Shown: positions 50,736-62,100, numbered from the stretch's first letter. The stretch is 64,000 nucleotides of DNA from Methanotrichaceae archaeon (GCA_963748825.1 CAVVKN010000006.1:32001-96000), one strand, 5' to 3'. Made by a program: numbers and translations. The notes: a model not told the origin generated them from the letters alone.

Positions 50736-51716
50736 TCAGGAGGTTTTGGAAAGAAGCTCTTCTGCCAGCTTCTTTTTCAGCCCCATATACTCCTTTGCCG
50801 AAAGCCCGATTTTGGCCATTGCTGCATCTCGCAAATAGCACATCTTGCTCTTCTTGCAGCACCACACAAGGCTTCCAAAGCAAGTTCCATCGCCCTTCTC
50901 CAGTGGGGTGCCCTTGGCAAAGGATAGCTTCTTATGTACAAACTCCTCCGGCGTCATGCCTGCTTTTTTAAGGGCGCCGAGGACCGGACAGTTCTTGACG
51001 GGAGGGCAGCAGAAGGCCAGGCCGCGCAGGTCGCCGCCCGCACAGATGTGCTTGGGTGCATTGCACCAGCCGCTCAAAGAGTCGTACTCCTGCATGGCCC
51101 CTGAGAGCCACTGGGCAAACTCGGGGTCCGCCCCCCGCAAAGACACAACGTCCGCACCCATGGCCAGCAGATTCTTGGCATCTTCAAATTCACCAATATC
51201 TGCCAGGGCCATGATAACTGGGCCTCTGCTATCTTTTGCCTTCTTGACCATTTTTGGTCCGGCTCCGTTCAGGCCGCGCAGGTCAAGGTGAATTATGTCC
51301 AGCTCGCTCTCATTGAGCTTTTCTAAGAGGGCATTGGATAGGTCTTCCGGTCTTATCCTCAGGGAGAGGGTGACGCCGCAACGCTTTAAGCGAGGAATTA
51401 GTTCCAGAAGGCGGATCGGGTCGCGAATCTTGGAAAGTTTCAGATCGAGAAGGCAGAGATTTCGGCTCGCGAGCCGGGCTGCCTCCAGGAGGGGCTCATC
51501 CCTGGAACAGGTGGCGGACAGTCCGAAGGCTCCTGTTCCTTCCCTGGCATTCTGGCTGATTGTTTCTAAACTGGCCTGCATCTCTTCGAGAGGAACCTCA
51601 TCCAGATCGAAGTCATCCAGCAAGAGCAAGCCCGCCGCATCGTTAAAGTCGGGCTTGTTATGTGAAGAAATAACGGCAATGGGATTATCGATATGCAGAT
51701 ATCCTACTTCAAGCAT
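50736..51716 (-). CDS. Methanogenesis marker protein 9
   Basis: APKHICAGGDLRGLAFCCPPVKNC, TCFGSLVWCCK. Confidence 0.9.
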   Translation of the reverse strand: MLEVGYLHIDNPIAVISSHNKPDFNDAAGLLLLDDFDLDEVPLEEMQASLETISQNAREGTGAFGLSATCSRDEPLLEAARLASRNLCLLDLKLSKIRDPIRLLELIPRLKRCGVTLSLRIRPEDLSNALLEKLNESELDIIHLDLRGLNGAGPKMVKKAKDSRGPVIMALADIGEFEDAKNLLAMGADVVSLRGADPEFAQWLSGAMQEYDSLSGWCNAPKHICAGGDLRGLAFCCPPVKNCPVLGALKKAGMTPEEFVHKKLSFAKGTPLEKGDGTCFGSLVWCCKKSKMCYLRDAAMAKIGLSAKEYMGLKKKLAEELLSKTS

Positions 51717-51864
51717 CGGAACGTAATGTCGTCCATGAAGATATCAGCCTTTCGCTGCTAATATTTTGAATTATATTTTATTTATCAGGTTAACCTTTGC
51801 AGGGTAGCTCGATCCTCTGCCATTCTTTATATCCAAGAAAATCCTAAGGCTTTACGATGATATC

Positions 51865-52311
51865 ATGGTGACCTTTAAAGTAGATGCAGACGCGCGGGCA
51901 ACAATCCAGGGATCGGAGGACCAAGAGAAGCACCCAATAGTGGCCAAGGTTAAGGGAACGGGAAAGGATGGGGCTTTGAGCGTGCAGGTCTCCGGGGAAG
52001 ATAGCAGTCCCATATCGGCACGGATATCGGGCGATTCCAAGAGTCCCATCGCCGTGGGGCCCATAGAGGTTGCACCCATCACCATAATTCCTGATTTAGA
52101 ATCGGTAGCAAAGACCATTGATTTCGGCGCTCTTATCGGCGCTTTCACAAAATTGTCCCAAGGGATTAAGGTGGAGGTGGAGGTCGCCAATTCTGGCGCG
52201 CCCCTGTCCATAGCTCTCGGGAAAATCCCCGTGGATTTGACTATCTCCGTTTCTTCTCCTTCCCAGGAGGCCGTCTTCAAGGTGGAGATCAAAGGGACTG
52301 TAGGTGAGTAA
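51865..52311 (+). CDS. Hypothetical beta-rich protein
   Basis: ORF with host-like codon usage; TTTATA upstream. Confidence 0.6.
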   Translation: MVTFKVDADARATIQGSEDQEKHPIVAKVKGTGKDGALSVQVSGEDSSPISARISGDSKSPIAVGPIEVAPITIIPDLESVAKTIDFGALIGAFTKLSQGIKVEVEVANSGAPLSIALGKIPVDLTISVSSPSQEAVFKVEIKGTVGE

Positions 52312-52362
52312 AAATTATTTTTAGTCGTAATCACATAGTAGCGGCCATGAGGTGGTCGTGAG

Positions 52363-52833
52363 GTGGCCCTTGTTCTTCCGGCGTGGCTGATAACTCTGAT
52401 GGCGGCGGCTCTTCCCGTCTCCGAGGTTCGAGGCGCTATACCGCTGGCCATAGGTGTTTACGGATACACGCCCTGGCAGGCCTATCTCCTATCCGTCTTT
52501 GGAAACCTCCTGCCTATAATCCCCCTGCTCCTCTTTCTGGGGCCCGTCTCAGATTACCTGAGGCGTTTTAGCTGGGGTGACAGATTTTTTTCCTGGCTTT
52601 TTGCCCGCACCCGCAAAAAGTACATTCAAGAGCATGAGAACTTCGGGCTGACGGCCCTGGTCCTCTTCGTGGCCATACCGTTGCCCATGACCGGGGCCTG
52701 GACAGGCTGTGCCATTGCCTTCTTGCTTGGATTTCGCTTCTGGCCGGCGTTCGCGGCCATCGTGGCAGGCGTTCTCCTCGCTGGAGTCATAGTCACGGCC
52801 ACAGTGGTAGGCGTGCAGTGGCTGGCATTATGA
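52363..52833 (+). CDS. COG2426 small multidrug export family membrane protein
   Basis: LPVSEVRGAIP, FVAIPLPMTGAWTG. Confidence 0.88.
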   Translation: MALVLPAWLITLMAAALPVSEVRGAIPLAIGVYGYTPWQAYLLSVFGNLLPIIPLLLFLGPVSDYLRRFSWGDRFFSWLFARTRKKYIQEHENFGLTALVLFVAIPLPMTGAWTGCAIAFLLGFRFWPAFAAIVAGVLLAGVIVTATVVGVQWLAL

Positions 52834-53293
52834 GGAGGCTCTCGGTCACCTGTACCGGGGGGGCAGCTCAAAGTACTTTTTGCAGGAGTACTGCCCAAAG
52901 GCATGTGTTTCGAGTTGCTTTGAGAATCAGAGATGGACAAGCGAACAACTATCCATATCTGTATCGCTCCTGTAATCACTCATCATCTCCAAGACGATCC
53001 GCCTAATTTCGTTTGATGGATGAGAATATTTTTGGCGATCGATACCGCAAATCAGAAATTGCTTGGAATTGAATGCGTTTAGCTTAAGTGAAAACTAATC
53101 GGAATTTGCCCGGGTTCTTTGAATAGTCTAAAAAATATAATATTTTATTATAAAATATATTCTGAAAACGTATCCTGCATTAAGCATAACTTAGCTTGTA
53201 TCTACTACCAAAAAATATAAATAATATCAAAGGTTACATTAGTTTAAATTAAAGAATGTATGGGGTGAGATTATCAAAAAAAATGGCGCTATA

Positions 53294-53710
53294 TTGGTGT
53301 TGGCCATAGCTATGCTATATGTTCCTGCGATGTCTCAGGATTATGGATTAGCAGGCAATGGTGGAGTAGATATACTTGGAACTGGTATTTTTGAGACAGA
53401 TGGAGCTGCCTTCAGGTTCCCATCAATGCAGGATACCAACATCGACAGTCTGGATGTAGGCAATGATAAGGCACTGGCCTTTGGGAATATTTGGCAAAAA
53501 ACTCCCATCGCCACCGCTACCAACAACCTAGAGATCAAGAAGAATCAGGATTCCGGGGAGTGCAACAGAATAATCGATAATGTTTCTCCCTGCCAAGACT
53601 GCTGTATCAAGGTCAATTTGGAGCAGATCAATGTAGGCAATAGGGAGGCCATAGCTTTCGGACCAGCTTCTGCCGCCAACTACATTAAGATAGTAACCAA
53701 TCAGCAGTAG
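53294..53710 (+). CDS. Secreted hypothetical protein
   Basis: Signal-like N-terminus, ATNNLEIKKNQ and IKIVTNQQ; downstream hairpin CCACTAACA-GAG-TGTTAGTGG; start uncertain. Confidence 0.7.
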   Translation: MVLAIAMLYVPAMSQDYGLAGNGGVDILGTGIFETDGAAFRFPSMQDTNIDSLDVGNDKALAFGNIWQKTPIATATNNLEIKKNQDSGECNRIIDNVSPCQDCCIKVNLEQINVGNREAIAFGPASAANYIKIVTNQQ

Positions 53711-54109
53711 CATTATGGATATTGATCTGATGTGGTTTAAAATTAATAGATACTGACGAAACCCACTAACAGAGTGTTAGTGGTGTCTCTATTAATTTTA
53801 TGATCTATAAAACGGCGGGTAGTGGTCAAATAAGAGGTTGGAGTTTTTTAAACTCGTTTGCGGAGCGTGATTCCATGAACGTCCCCCCTTGATCCTGCAG
53901 TAGATCAAATACCAACCCGTAGATTATTGACGACCAAGCGGTGATTCAATGCAAGTTTTAATAGTCTTCCTGAGATGGAGTCCCGGATAATAATTCAAGA
54001 ATTGATATTATTAAACCTTGCTCCTTATCCACTCAGAACAACGAGGGATCGATGTCATTTTGGACTCGATCCAGGAAATATATATAAAAGAATGATTTCC
54101 TCATCTAAC

Positions 54110-54391
54110 TCATGAATTAATTACCTCTGTAATCGGGCTAACCAATGGATTCCATTGATTGTGGTAATAAAAGGAAGATCCAGTTTGCAAAGATATTAGA
54201 AATTTCAATTCGCCGGAAAGGCCATTAAGAATATCACATCCAACCGCTTGATTTCTTACAAGCACCAATTGCTCATTGCACTCGGTACAGCGACCATCTC
54301 TCGAAGTAGAGTGATCACTGCCACAATGCGGGCAACAGAACCATTTCAGCCATGACTGTGACGCTAGAGTTAGAACGAATTCCGCATCCAT
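54110..54391 (-). CDS. Small Zn-ribbon protein (paralog of 15047-15328)
   Basis: Closely similar sequence; GGAGGT RBS. Confidence 0.75.
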   Translation of the reverse strand: MDAEFVLTLASQSWLKWFCCPHCGSDHSTSRDGRCTECNEQLVLVRNQAVGCDILNGLSGELKFLISLQTGSSFYYHNQWNPLVSPITEVINS

Positions 54392-54707
54392 TTAGTACCT
54401 CCAAATGTTCCGTGAGATAGATCCGTAACTGTGAGGACCTACTTTTTACTACTTATACTTTCTAGTGCACTATATTAAGATTGTTTTCTCATGTAATTAA
54501 TTACTAATCTCAAGTATGCTTGCTGGTTGAGGGATTTATGCCAGGATGATTTCGCTATTTTCTTTCTGCATCTAATTTTCTTGTTATCTGTGCTAATCCG
54601 GCAGATCCTCAATAATATTCAAAGAAGGGCGTTCTCTTCTCCTAAATGCCAGAGCAACAATACGGATCTTATCAAATTTGAAAGTTAGAACAAAGATCAG
54701 GATCATG

Positions 54708-54779
54708 TGCGGCTGCCGGGATTCGAACCCGGGTTACAGGCTTGGGAAGCCTATGTCATAACCACTGGACCACAGCCGC
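54708..54779 (-). tRNA. tRNA-Gly(CCC)
   Basis: GCGGCTG...TAGGC TT CCC AA GCCTG...GGTTCGAATCC CGGCAGCCGC-A; TTTAAATA box upstream. Confidence 0.95.
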
Positions 54780-55127
54780 TCTATGTACTTGATTTCCACT
54801 TCGAATATTTAAAGGTTATAGGATCGATCGCCGTCCCTGGCGGGAAGAATCTCAAGATCAAAATCGAGCCAATTCCCCTTTTTGCCGCTCCCTCCGCCCA
54901 TGCGCGCGAGCCCGCCGGAGAGCAGCGTCTGCGGGAGGGGCGCCGGGCTTTTGGTAACCCCCCAGACTCTATTCTGCTCTTCGCTGTATGTGGGGCAATG
55001 GCAGACTTTAGGGGCTATTTCAGGAGATTTCAAAGCCTTCTAGTATCCAATTTTAAACCATGTGCTTGCCAGTTTTCACCCCAAAGATCGCAATGAGCAC
55101 AAAGGACCGACAAAGAATGGCGAGCTT

Positions 55128-55481
55128 TCATCTTCTCTTCAGCACTATCCGATCTCCTGCGGCCACGCTCTTAAATATCTCCAGCCCCTCTGTGACCTTC
55201 CCGATATGGTTCACAGACGAATAAGGCTGGGTCTTGCCAAAGAAGATGCAGAAGGCCGGGCCTGGCGACCAATAACAAATGTCGCCCGCGGCTGCAGAGG
55301 GCGATGGATTCTCATTGTCCATCTGCAAAGGCACATCGAAGTAGACCTCTTCGCCCCAGAGGTTGGCTATGCCCTCCAAGGGCAGCGCCTTAAAGAATGC
55401 CTCTCTTATCTTGGGATTCCTTTCGTCCAGCTTTGCCAGTGCCTTTCCCTTTCCCGTAATCTCGATCTCTATGGTTCTCAT
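55128..55481 (-). CDS. Cyclophilin-like fold protein (DUF369)
   Basis: ALPL...WGEEVYF, GDICYWSPG.AFCIFFG.T; start after the GGAGG RBS. Confidence 0.85.
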   Translation of the reverse strand: MRTIEIEITGKGKALAKLDERNPKIREAFFKALPLEGIANLWGEEVYFDVPLQMDNENPSPSAAAGDICYWSPGPAFCIFFGKTQPYSSVNHIGKVTEGLEIFKSVAAGDRIVLKRR

Positions 55482-55825
55482 GAATTTCAGCCTCCTTGAT
55501 CGACATTTGCTCTTTATCCGGGGAATGGCGGGCATGAGGGATAATTTTTTGGGTTCTGCACAAAACCGCCAGAGGTCAATTATTCCTGGCAAGCCTCTCT
55601 CAGAAGCTGGCCGGTTACTTTCGCCCCGCGCGGCAAATCTACTCATAGCCGCTGGTACTACTATGATTTAGACCGCCCAGCCTAACTCTTTTGACTACTC
55701 CCGGTGGGCGGATCCATCCCCTCAAGGATCGAAGATCTATCTATATGCGACTATTTTATAAAGGTGCGGTGCTCTATTAGAATATAATGGGGCAATTTTT
55801 CAGCTCCGGTAGGTGAGGCTAGAGA

Positions 55826-56497
55826 ATGGCGAAGCTGGAGGAAAAGGGAATTCTGGGAATCAAGGGAATTATATTCGACCTTTATAACACCTTGATTGAC
55901 ATCCATACCGATGAGGAGAGCATCAATACCTATGAGGCTGTCAGCAAGTGGCTGATCTATCAGGGTGTTAAGATCCCGGCAGAGGATCTGAAGAATGATT
56001 ACAGGCGGATGGCTAAAGAGGGGATGGAAGCCAAGTGGGAGAAGCATCCTGAGATCCGGGTGGAGGATATCTTCGGCAGGATCTGCAAGAGCCATGCCCT
56101 CAGGGATATAGACGAGGTGCGGCTGGGAGTAGAGACGGCTCGCGCTTTTCGGGCCGGATCACTACGCCGGTTGAAGCTCTTTCCTCAAAGCCTCCAATTA
56201 TTGCAGAGGCTGAAAAGCTACCCAAAGGTCATTGTCTCCAACGGCCAGAGATCGTTCTCGGAGCAGGAGATGAGATATTTCGGCCTTTACGAGCAGTTCA
56301 CTCATGTGATTTTCTCCTCAGACTTCGGCCATAAAAAGCCCGACCCCAGGATCTTCCTGGAGGCGGCCAAGCTGATGGGCAATGAGCCGGAGGAGGTCAT
56401 GTGCATCGGCGACAGCTTCGAGAATGACATAGCTGCGTCCTCTCGGTTGGGCATGAGGGCTATGCATATCGAAGAGGCCTGGAGACTGTTAGGCTGA
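55826..56497 (+). CDS. HAD-family hydrolase
   Basis: FDLYNTL, VSNGQ, KPD, IGDS..ND. Confidence 0.9.
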   Translation: MAKLEEKGILGIKGIIFDLYNTLIDIHTDEESINTYEAVSKWLIYQGVKIPAEDLKNDYRRMAKEGMEAKWEKHPEIRVEDIFGRICKSHALRDIDEVRLGVETARAFRAGSLRRLKLFPQSLQLLQRLKSYPKVIVSNGQRSFSEQEMRYFGLYEQFTHVIFSSDFGHKKPDPRIFLEAAKLMGNEPEEVMCIGDSFENDIAASSRLGMRAMHIEEAWRLLG

Positions 56498-56514
56498 AAT
56501 GAGATTGGAGACAA

Positions 56515-57465
56515 ATGGCAAGAGAAAAGTATGTAGACACATTGGGTCCTGGAAACGCCTTTCGGGAATGGCTGGTGCAGGTGCTGGGCGAAAGGATAGA
56601 CGACCGGAGCGGCAAAGTCAATGTCTACAGGGTCATGCCCGCTTCGCATACCGTCTGTCGCTATGAATTTAAGGCTTCAGGATTAAGTGTTGTGGCCAAG
56701 TTCTACAGTGAGCATTTGAGCGGTACAAGGAAGTACGATCCAGTCCAGGCCATGGAAAATGAGTTTTATACTCTCAAGAAAATCGAGCCGCTGGTAGATA
56801 TTCCCAGGCCCCTGGCCATGCATAGGGATTTCCACTGTGCCTTGCTTACGGAATATATTCAGGGCCGATCCTTCTACAAATACTTGAAGAGGGATGACGG
56901 ACTGTACGATCGGCTCACGGCTATCGCATCACTTCAAAGAAGGCTGCATGATCAAACAGGATGCGAATACAGGAAAGAAAAGGCATTCGCAAGGTTTCAT
57001 AAAAACTTAGATCAGCTTCGTCTGGACAATACAACCAGAACCAAATATAACTGTCTTCTGGGGGAATGGTGGCATAGCCCGTTTCTGGACAGGTCCCATG
57101 GCTGCCGGGTGCATGGTGACGCAAATCCCATGAATTACCTGTTCAGCCAGAACAAGGTCTATATGCTGGACTTGGAAAGCTCAAGGGAGTACGCCAATCC
57201 CGTGCATGACCTGGGCATTGTTGCCGCCGAGCTCAAGTTTTATTTTGCCGTTCACCGGGGAGATGGGAGGATGGCGGAGCCTTACATCGGCCATTATCTC
57301 TGGCGATACAGCCGCAATGAACCGGAGTTCTATGCCATCACCCGCGCCCTCCCCTTCTTCATGAGCCAGGGGCTGCTGAGGATGGCAAGGCTAAGGCTGG
57401 GATCAGATGAAAGGGCCTTTGTATTTCGTGAGGCAGAAGCGTGCTTAGAGAGCATTCGAGGCTAA
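56515..57465 (+). CDS. Aminoglycoside phosphotransferase/choline kinase-like protein
   Basis: VAKF, VHGDANPMN, LDLE, HDLG. Confidence 0.85.
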   Translation: MAREKYVDTLGPGNAFREWLVQVLGERIDDRSGKVNVYRVMPASHTVCRYEFKASGLSVVAKFYSEHLSGTRKYDPVQAMENEFYTLKKIEPLVDIPRPLAMHRDFHCALLTEYIQGRSFYKYLKRDDGLYDRLTAIASLQRRLHDQTGCEYRKEKAFARFHKNLDQLRLDNTTRTKYNCLLGEWWHSPFLDRSHGCRVHGDANPMNYLFSQNKVYMLDLESSREYANPVHDLGIVAAELKFYFAVHRGDGRMAEPYIGHYLWRYSRNEPEFYAITRALPFFMSQGLLRMARLRLGSDERAFVFREAEACLESIRG

Positions 57466-57474
57466 GGACACATT

Positions 57475-58074
57475 CTATCTTCTTCTCAGCCTGATATGCA
57501 ACCGGTCGGAGTAGTTGACGCCGAGATGCATAGACAGATCCCAGGCCTCCCGAGCTCCCTGCATATCCTGGTCTGTGCCGTAGGCCATAATCCAAACCCT
57601 GTCCTTTGCCAGAGCAGGGACAAGATCCTCCAAGAGTCCAGAGGTCCAGCACCAGGGAGCTTTGCCCAATACAAATTTGAGGTGGACGTTCTCTTTGCCG
57701 ACCCAAAAGTCGAGATGGAAATTCGATCCTAGCTTGGGGCTGACTACCGCGTAGTGAATTTTTTCCAGGATCTCTTCAGGAATGGGGTTGGTGCCATTAG
57801 TCTCGATGTGAATCTCCTTTCCACGAGTATGCAGCAGAGATATCAATTCCGATAGCTCCTTCATCTGCAGAGTGGGCTCTCCTCCTGTGATGACCACTCT
57901 TCCACCTTGAATGCTCTCCAGCACATCGGCAATGGATAATTCCCGGCATGGCCTATCGTCTGTGTCGCATCCCTGGCAACGAAGGTTGCAGCCGGCCAGC
58001 CGAACGAAGGTGGCCGGCCTTCCCATGGCCGGGCCCTCGCCTTGCATGGAGTAAAATATCTCTATCAGGCGCAT
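57475..58074 (-). CDS. queE: 7-carboxy-7-deazaguanine synthase (radical SAM)
   Basis: EIFYSMQGEG, FVRLAGCNLRCQGCD, TGGEP, IETNG, VSPK. Confidence 0.88.
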   Translation of the reverse strand: MRLIEIFYSMQGEGPAMGRPATFVRLAGCNLRCQGCDTDDRPCRELSIADVLESIQGGRVVITGGEPTLQMKELSELISLLHTRGKEIHIETNGTNPIPEEILEKIHYAVVSPKLGSNFHLDFWVGKENVHLKFVLGKAPWCWTSGLLEDLVPALAKDRVWIMAYGTDQDMQGAREAWDLSMHLGVNYSDRLHIRLRRR

Positions 58075-58265
58075 TTGGCTTCCTTCTCTTTCCAACTGAG
58101 ATAAATGCTCTCTTATCTGCTTTGTATCTTAGTAAATTTATGGATAATTTTTTAAAAAATTGTTAAAATAATAATTTATTTACTTTTGGTGTCTGGGCCA
58201 AAAAATATATAAATCATAAATAGTAACTATTTAACATTATACTTGAAAAGCCTGCGTAAAGTCGG

Positions 58266-58673
58266 TTGGGTCGGATGAGTATGATACGCATTGGAATTGA
58301 AGTCAGCAGAAGAAATCTGCGCTGTGACCTCCTTGAGCACCCGGAAAGGTACTTTTTCATCCTGCAGGGAGGCAGCCGGGCCTCTCTATGCATTCGAACC
58401 TGTGACTCTCGGGGTGAGAATATTCAGGCTCACATCATCGACGGCTTTTCTTTAAACGAGGATGGAAAACTCAATTCGGTCTTCGAAGACGCCATCAATG
58501 ATGCTATTTTGGAGCGGCACGACAGGATAAGCCATTCAAGTGAGGGAGAAGAATATCTCCTGTCCTATCATCTGGTGCATATGATTTCCAGGATGCCTGA
58601 TCTGGTGGATTGGATCGTCTCATCAATTCTCTCGAATGAAAAAAATCTGGTCATTCATTCTGCGGATTTTTAA
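58266..58673 (+). CDS. Hypothetical protein
   Basis: 135-aa ORF after an AT-rich promoter-like region. Confidence 0.55.
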   Translation: MGRMSMIRIGIEVSRRNLRCDLLEHPERYFFILQGGSRASLCIRTCDSRGENIQAHIIDGFSLNEDGKLNSVFEDAINDAILERHDRISHSSEGEEYLLSYHLVHMISRMPDLVDWIVSSILSNEKNLVIHSADF

Positions 58674-58793
58674 CTTTAAAAAATTAAAAATATATCTATC
58701 GAAGTTTTAGGGTCTATGTAAGTTGCCGGGGCACATCTGATGTAAGTCGAAAGTGCTCGGATAAAAATCTCCTTGTAGTAGTAATGGCAAATA

Positions 58794-59231
58794 GTGTGCG
58801 ATGAGCAAAAGAAGGTGGTCCCGAAAATGTTCATAAAAGATTTGGCAAAATGCAGATACTTTCAGGCGGCGGATAATACATGTATTTGCGAGCTTCTTCA
58901 TCCTGGCCGGGATGGGCTGGACCTTCCTTTCAGCATCGCCCACGCCATATTGCAGCCCGGCGCTGCATCTCTCTCTCATAAGCTGAAAACCTCCTCTGAG
59001 GTGTACTTCATCCTGGAAGGTGAGGGTGAGATGCACATCGATTCCGAGAAGGCAGCGGTTAGAGCTGGCCAGGCTATCTTAATTCCGCCCGGCTCCTGGC
59101 AGCATATCCGAAATACGGGAAGCTTTTCCCTAAAATTTATTTGCATAGTCAACCCCTTTTGGCGTGCAGATGATGAAGAGGTTGAAGAAGATAAAGGGAT
59201 TGATAAGGTTAAAAAGGCTGAAAATATTTGA
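58794..59231 (+). CDS. Cupin domain protein
   Basis: H....EVYFILEGEG, IPPGSWQHIRNTG; start probably at MFIKD. Confidence 0.85.
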   Translation: MCDEQKKVVPKMFIKDLAKCRYFQAADNTCICELLHPGRDGLDLPFSIAHAILQPGAASLSHKLKTSSEVYFILEGEGEMHIDSEKAAVRAGQAILIPPGSWQHIRNTGSFSLKFICIVNPFWRADDEEVEEDKGIDKVKKAENI

Positions 59232-59309
59232 TTGAATTAGAGGACGTCAAAAAAAAATGGGGGGACGAAATGAGCTAAATCATAAGGATATTGGAAACAA
59301 CTTGCATCT

Positions 59310-59560
59310 TCATAATTCGGAAAGCTGGCTATCAATGTGCTTGAAGTCATCCAGCAGATTTATGCCTCTATCGGTTGTTTCGTATAATATGGTCTTACCT
59401 TGCTTGACCTCTATTAGATTGTTCTTTATCAGCAGATCTATATAAGGATCTACAGTTCTGAAGTTGAGGTTTGCCTGGTACACAATTCTCGTCTTGTTGG
59501 CGCCGTTCTGGCATATGTCCAGTATTCTCGAAATGATTACGTGCTTGCTTCTTTTCATCA
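59310..59560 (-). CDS. Archaeal winged-helix regulator (HTH_45/DUF4364-like), intact
   Basis: MMKRSKHVII..IL...GANKTRIVYQANLNF...YETTDRG. Confidence 0.85.
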
Positions 59561-60817
59561 TCTCTTTCTCCATTATGATAGTATCTGCCTGGTCTAAAGA
59601 TATTCTTGATCTAAGCAATGCTAATTAGATCGTCTAAGCATTAAGGTTTAGCGAACCTCCTGTTAGTATCCATGGTAATAATCTACGATATTCTATTTTA
59701 TCAAAAGAAATGCATTATAAATAAACATATCAAATTTATAATGGATCAATTGTAATTATATCCAACCATAGAGGTCGATTATTCCAAGCTTATAACAATC
59801 TTTTTTATTAATTTTGAATCTGTATATTATATTAGTTATCTTGCATAGCTATTAATAAGTTGCAGATGAATTTCTCCGATTAAATCCTGTCACGCGATGA
59901 AAAATTACTATTGCGGATTTGGAAAAGATATTGTTCACCCATTGTGGCGCAAAGAAGAATGAAACTTGGGAATGACATTGAAATGACGGGCAATAATTCC
60001 AGGCCAGTGATTCCTGATCCGGGTCTTGGGGATCCAGACGTTCGAAAGGATATGCAAAATAGCGATGAAAATTTGAGAAGAGAGGCGCCCCGTGTCAGGA
60101 ATGAGCGAGATAGCCTGGGTCTGGTGGGACTTGTGGGCGGCCTTCAGTTTCAGGAGGCTTTTTGGAAGCCGAATCTGCAAAAGCTGCCGCCGGGGAGCTA
60201 ATCAGATATAGCGGCCTTCAGTTCAGGAGGCAGAAGAAAAAAGGGAGGCTTTTTGGATACAACGCATAAAACCTGTGTTCTCAAAGTCCCAGGCTCGGCC
60301 AAGTTTCGCTCGGCAGACTTCCTCATCCGCTCCAGGCTAAAGGGCAGCAATCCCTTTCAGGAAGTCAATGTCGCCCCGTGCTCCCGTGATTTGCCCAAGA
60401 CTCGTCTGGAGGCCTTCGTCTTTGAGACCTCTGATATTGAGTGTTATGTATCCTGCAAAGCCAGGCAAATATAAAATTCCAGAGCGACATACTTGATTTT
60501 GAAAACTACTATTTTATCCAGACAATGCCTTCCAAGTTTACCGGAAACTCGCTGCGATTCATCAATGGAAGGGCGAGAGGGGCGTCTATTCTTCTCTGAA
60601 TTTGAAAAGCCAAAACCTAGACAGGAATATAAAAAAGCCCTTCTCATCCGCCAGCTCTTCTCATCACACGAATATCCGTTGGCTGGACCACGCTGCCACC
60701 CGGGCGGCCATGCGCCCGCCTGCCCGCGCGCGCAGGAGCCAGGCACATCGGAAATACTTGCTATCCAGAAGGTGGAACAATGAAGGCTGAATCTGGCAAT
60801 TTTGACCTTATCTCGAA

Positions 60818-60973
60818 CTAGATTTCGATCTTTACGTTGTGCCTCTCAAAGAACTCTTTTAGGGCTTCTTCTACAACTTCGCTTTGGGCACGCAGGCTGC
60901 TCTTTGTTTTTGCCGTATAGATCTTTAGAGTTTTGGCAATAGGCTCGGATAAGGTCAATGTAGTTTTGGGCAT
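60818..60973 (-). CDS. Ribbon-helix-helix (CopG-like) protein, 51 aa
   Basis: Below the ORF cutoff: MPKTTLTLSEPIAKTLKIY...QSEVVEEALKEFFE; AAGGA RBS. Confidence 0.75.
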   Translation of the reverse strand: MPKTTLTLSEPIAKTLKIYTAKTKSSLRAQSEVVEEALKEFFERHNVKIEI

Positions 60974-61100
60974 TAATCCTTACTGAACAGGATATTATAT
61001 ATATAGATTATGACACATATCTATTTATGTGCCAAAAGCTTTATATTTAAAAATATTGTATTAAGCCAATCTCAGAATAAGTTTAAATGGAGAATTAAAA

Positions 61101-61268
61101 ATGCAAAATAAAAAAGATAAGAGAACAAAGGGTGTTGCAGTGAAAGCAACGTCTGGTGTAGGGAAGACAGTGACGTCTGGAAGCTCAGATACAAAGAAAG
61201 GGGCAGTGGATTCGGGGAAGAAAGTGACACCTGGAAAAGGTGACGCAAGAAAAGGGTGGAAAAAGTAG
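61101..61268 (+). CDS. Small Lys/Gly-rich protein, 55 aa
   Basis: GGAG RBS; MQNKKDKRTKGVAVKATSGVGK...GKGDARKGWKK*; divergent from the RHH gene. Confidence 0.5.
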   Translation: MQNKKDKRTKGVAVKATSGVGKTVTSGSSDTKKGAVDSGKKVTPGKGDARKGWKK

Positions 61269-61499
61269 GGAATAACTGCATTCATGCAATAGCGGTCTGA
61301 TGGGTGAGTTACAAAAGACCGCTAACAATTGACTCGATGAGGCTTCTTGCGGTAGTTTCTTGCCAGCTATCGATTCTTGAGATTTCTTTCAATGGTCATA
61401 ATGTTTATCTAGAATTGAACAGTTAATGTTAATTAAATCGCATGGATGAACGCCGCAGATTTTATATTATCTTCGCAGCTGGCTTCGTTGACCCTGGCT

Positions 61500-61900
61500 A
61501 AGCCTGGGTCGGCCGGCTCGGTCATCTTCTGCAGGTGAGGGTCCAGCGCCGGCGCGTAGAGCGGGATGGTCGCCTGTCTGGAGGTCTGCTTCAGATCCTG
61601 GGCCACGTACGCATCATCTCCTCGGCATCCTCGTGGAACAGGGTCATGCCCCACGACCAGGAAGCTGTGGTGGTTCTCCTCCTAGATAGTCATGAGCTGG
61701 AAGAGGGTGTTGGCGCGGCGCACTTCCAGCTCCGTGAAGTTGCGGTTCAGCTGGCTGAGGATGCAGGAGTAGTTGCCACAGATGAAGAGGATCTTGTAGT
61801 GCTGCAGTTCCAGGTGGCTGCACCGGGCTTTGGCCAGCAGCTCCAAGGGGGGATGAGGAGGCTGTTGGTCTCGGGGAGCAGGGAGATGGTAGGGTAGAAA
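61500..61900 (-). pseudogene. Degraded RecA-fold (ImuA/RadB-like) hypothetical gene
   Basis: KILFICGNYS.ILS.LNRNFTELEVRRA.TLFQLMTI* then HHSFLVVGHDP...YVAQDLKQTSRQATI.LYAPALD; contains an internal stop codon. Confidence 0.55.
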
Positions 61901-62100
61901 AAGCAGGTGGCCCCAAGAAATTATTTGAGTGGTCTGGAAGTGGGGCGTCAAACATTTCCGCCATTGAATTCATGAATTGATCCCCTAACGAACATGTTCG
62001 TCGCCTCAACCTAATAATGGCTAATCAAATATGCTGCCAAAGAGTTCAGCGTCTTGTCCGATGGTAGGAAGGTTATAAGAATGACATTGGAAAAAAGCAA

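Noticed and set aside
54707-55096. ORF MRLPGFEPG...
   Set aside because: Antisense translation of tRNA-Gly
60137-60258. Direct repeat GCGGCCTTCAGTT(T)CAGGAGGC
   Set aside because: Only two copies in degraded DNA; probably a local duplication with no function inferable
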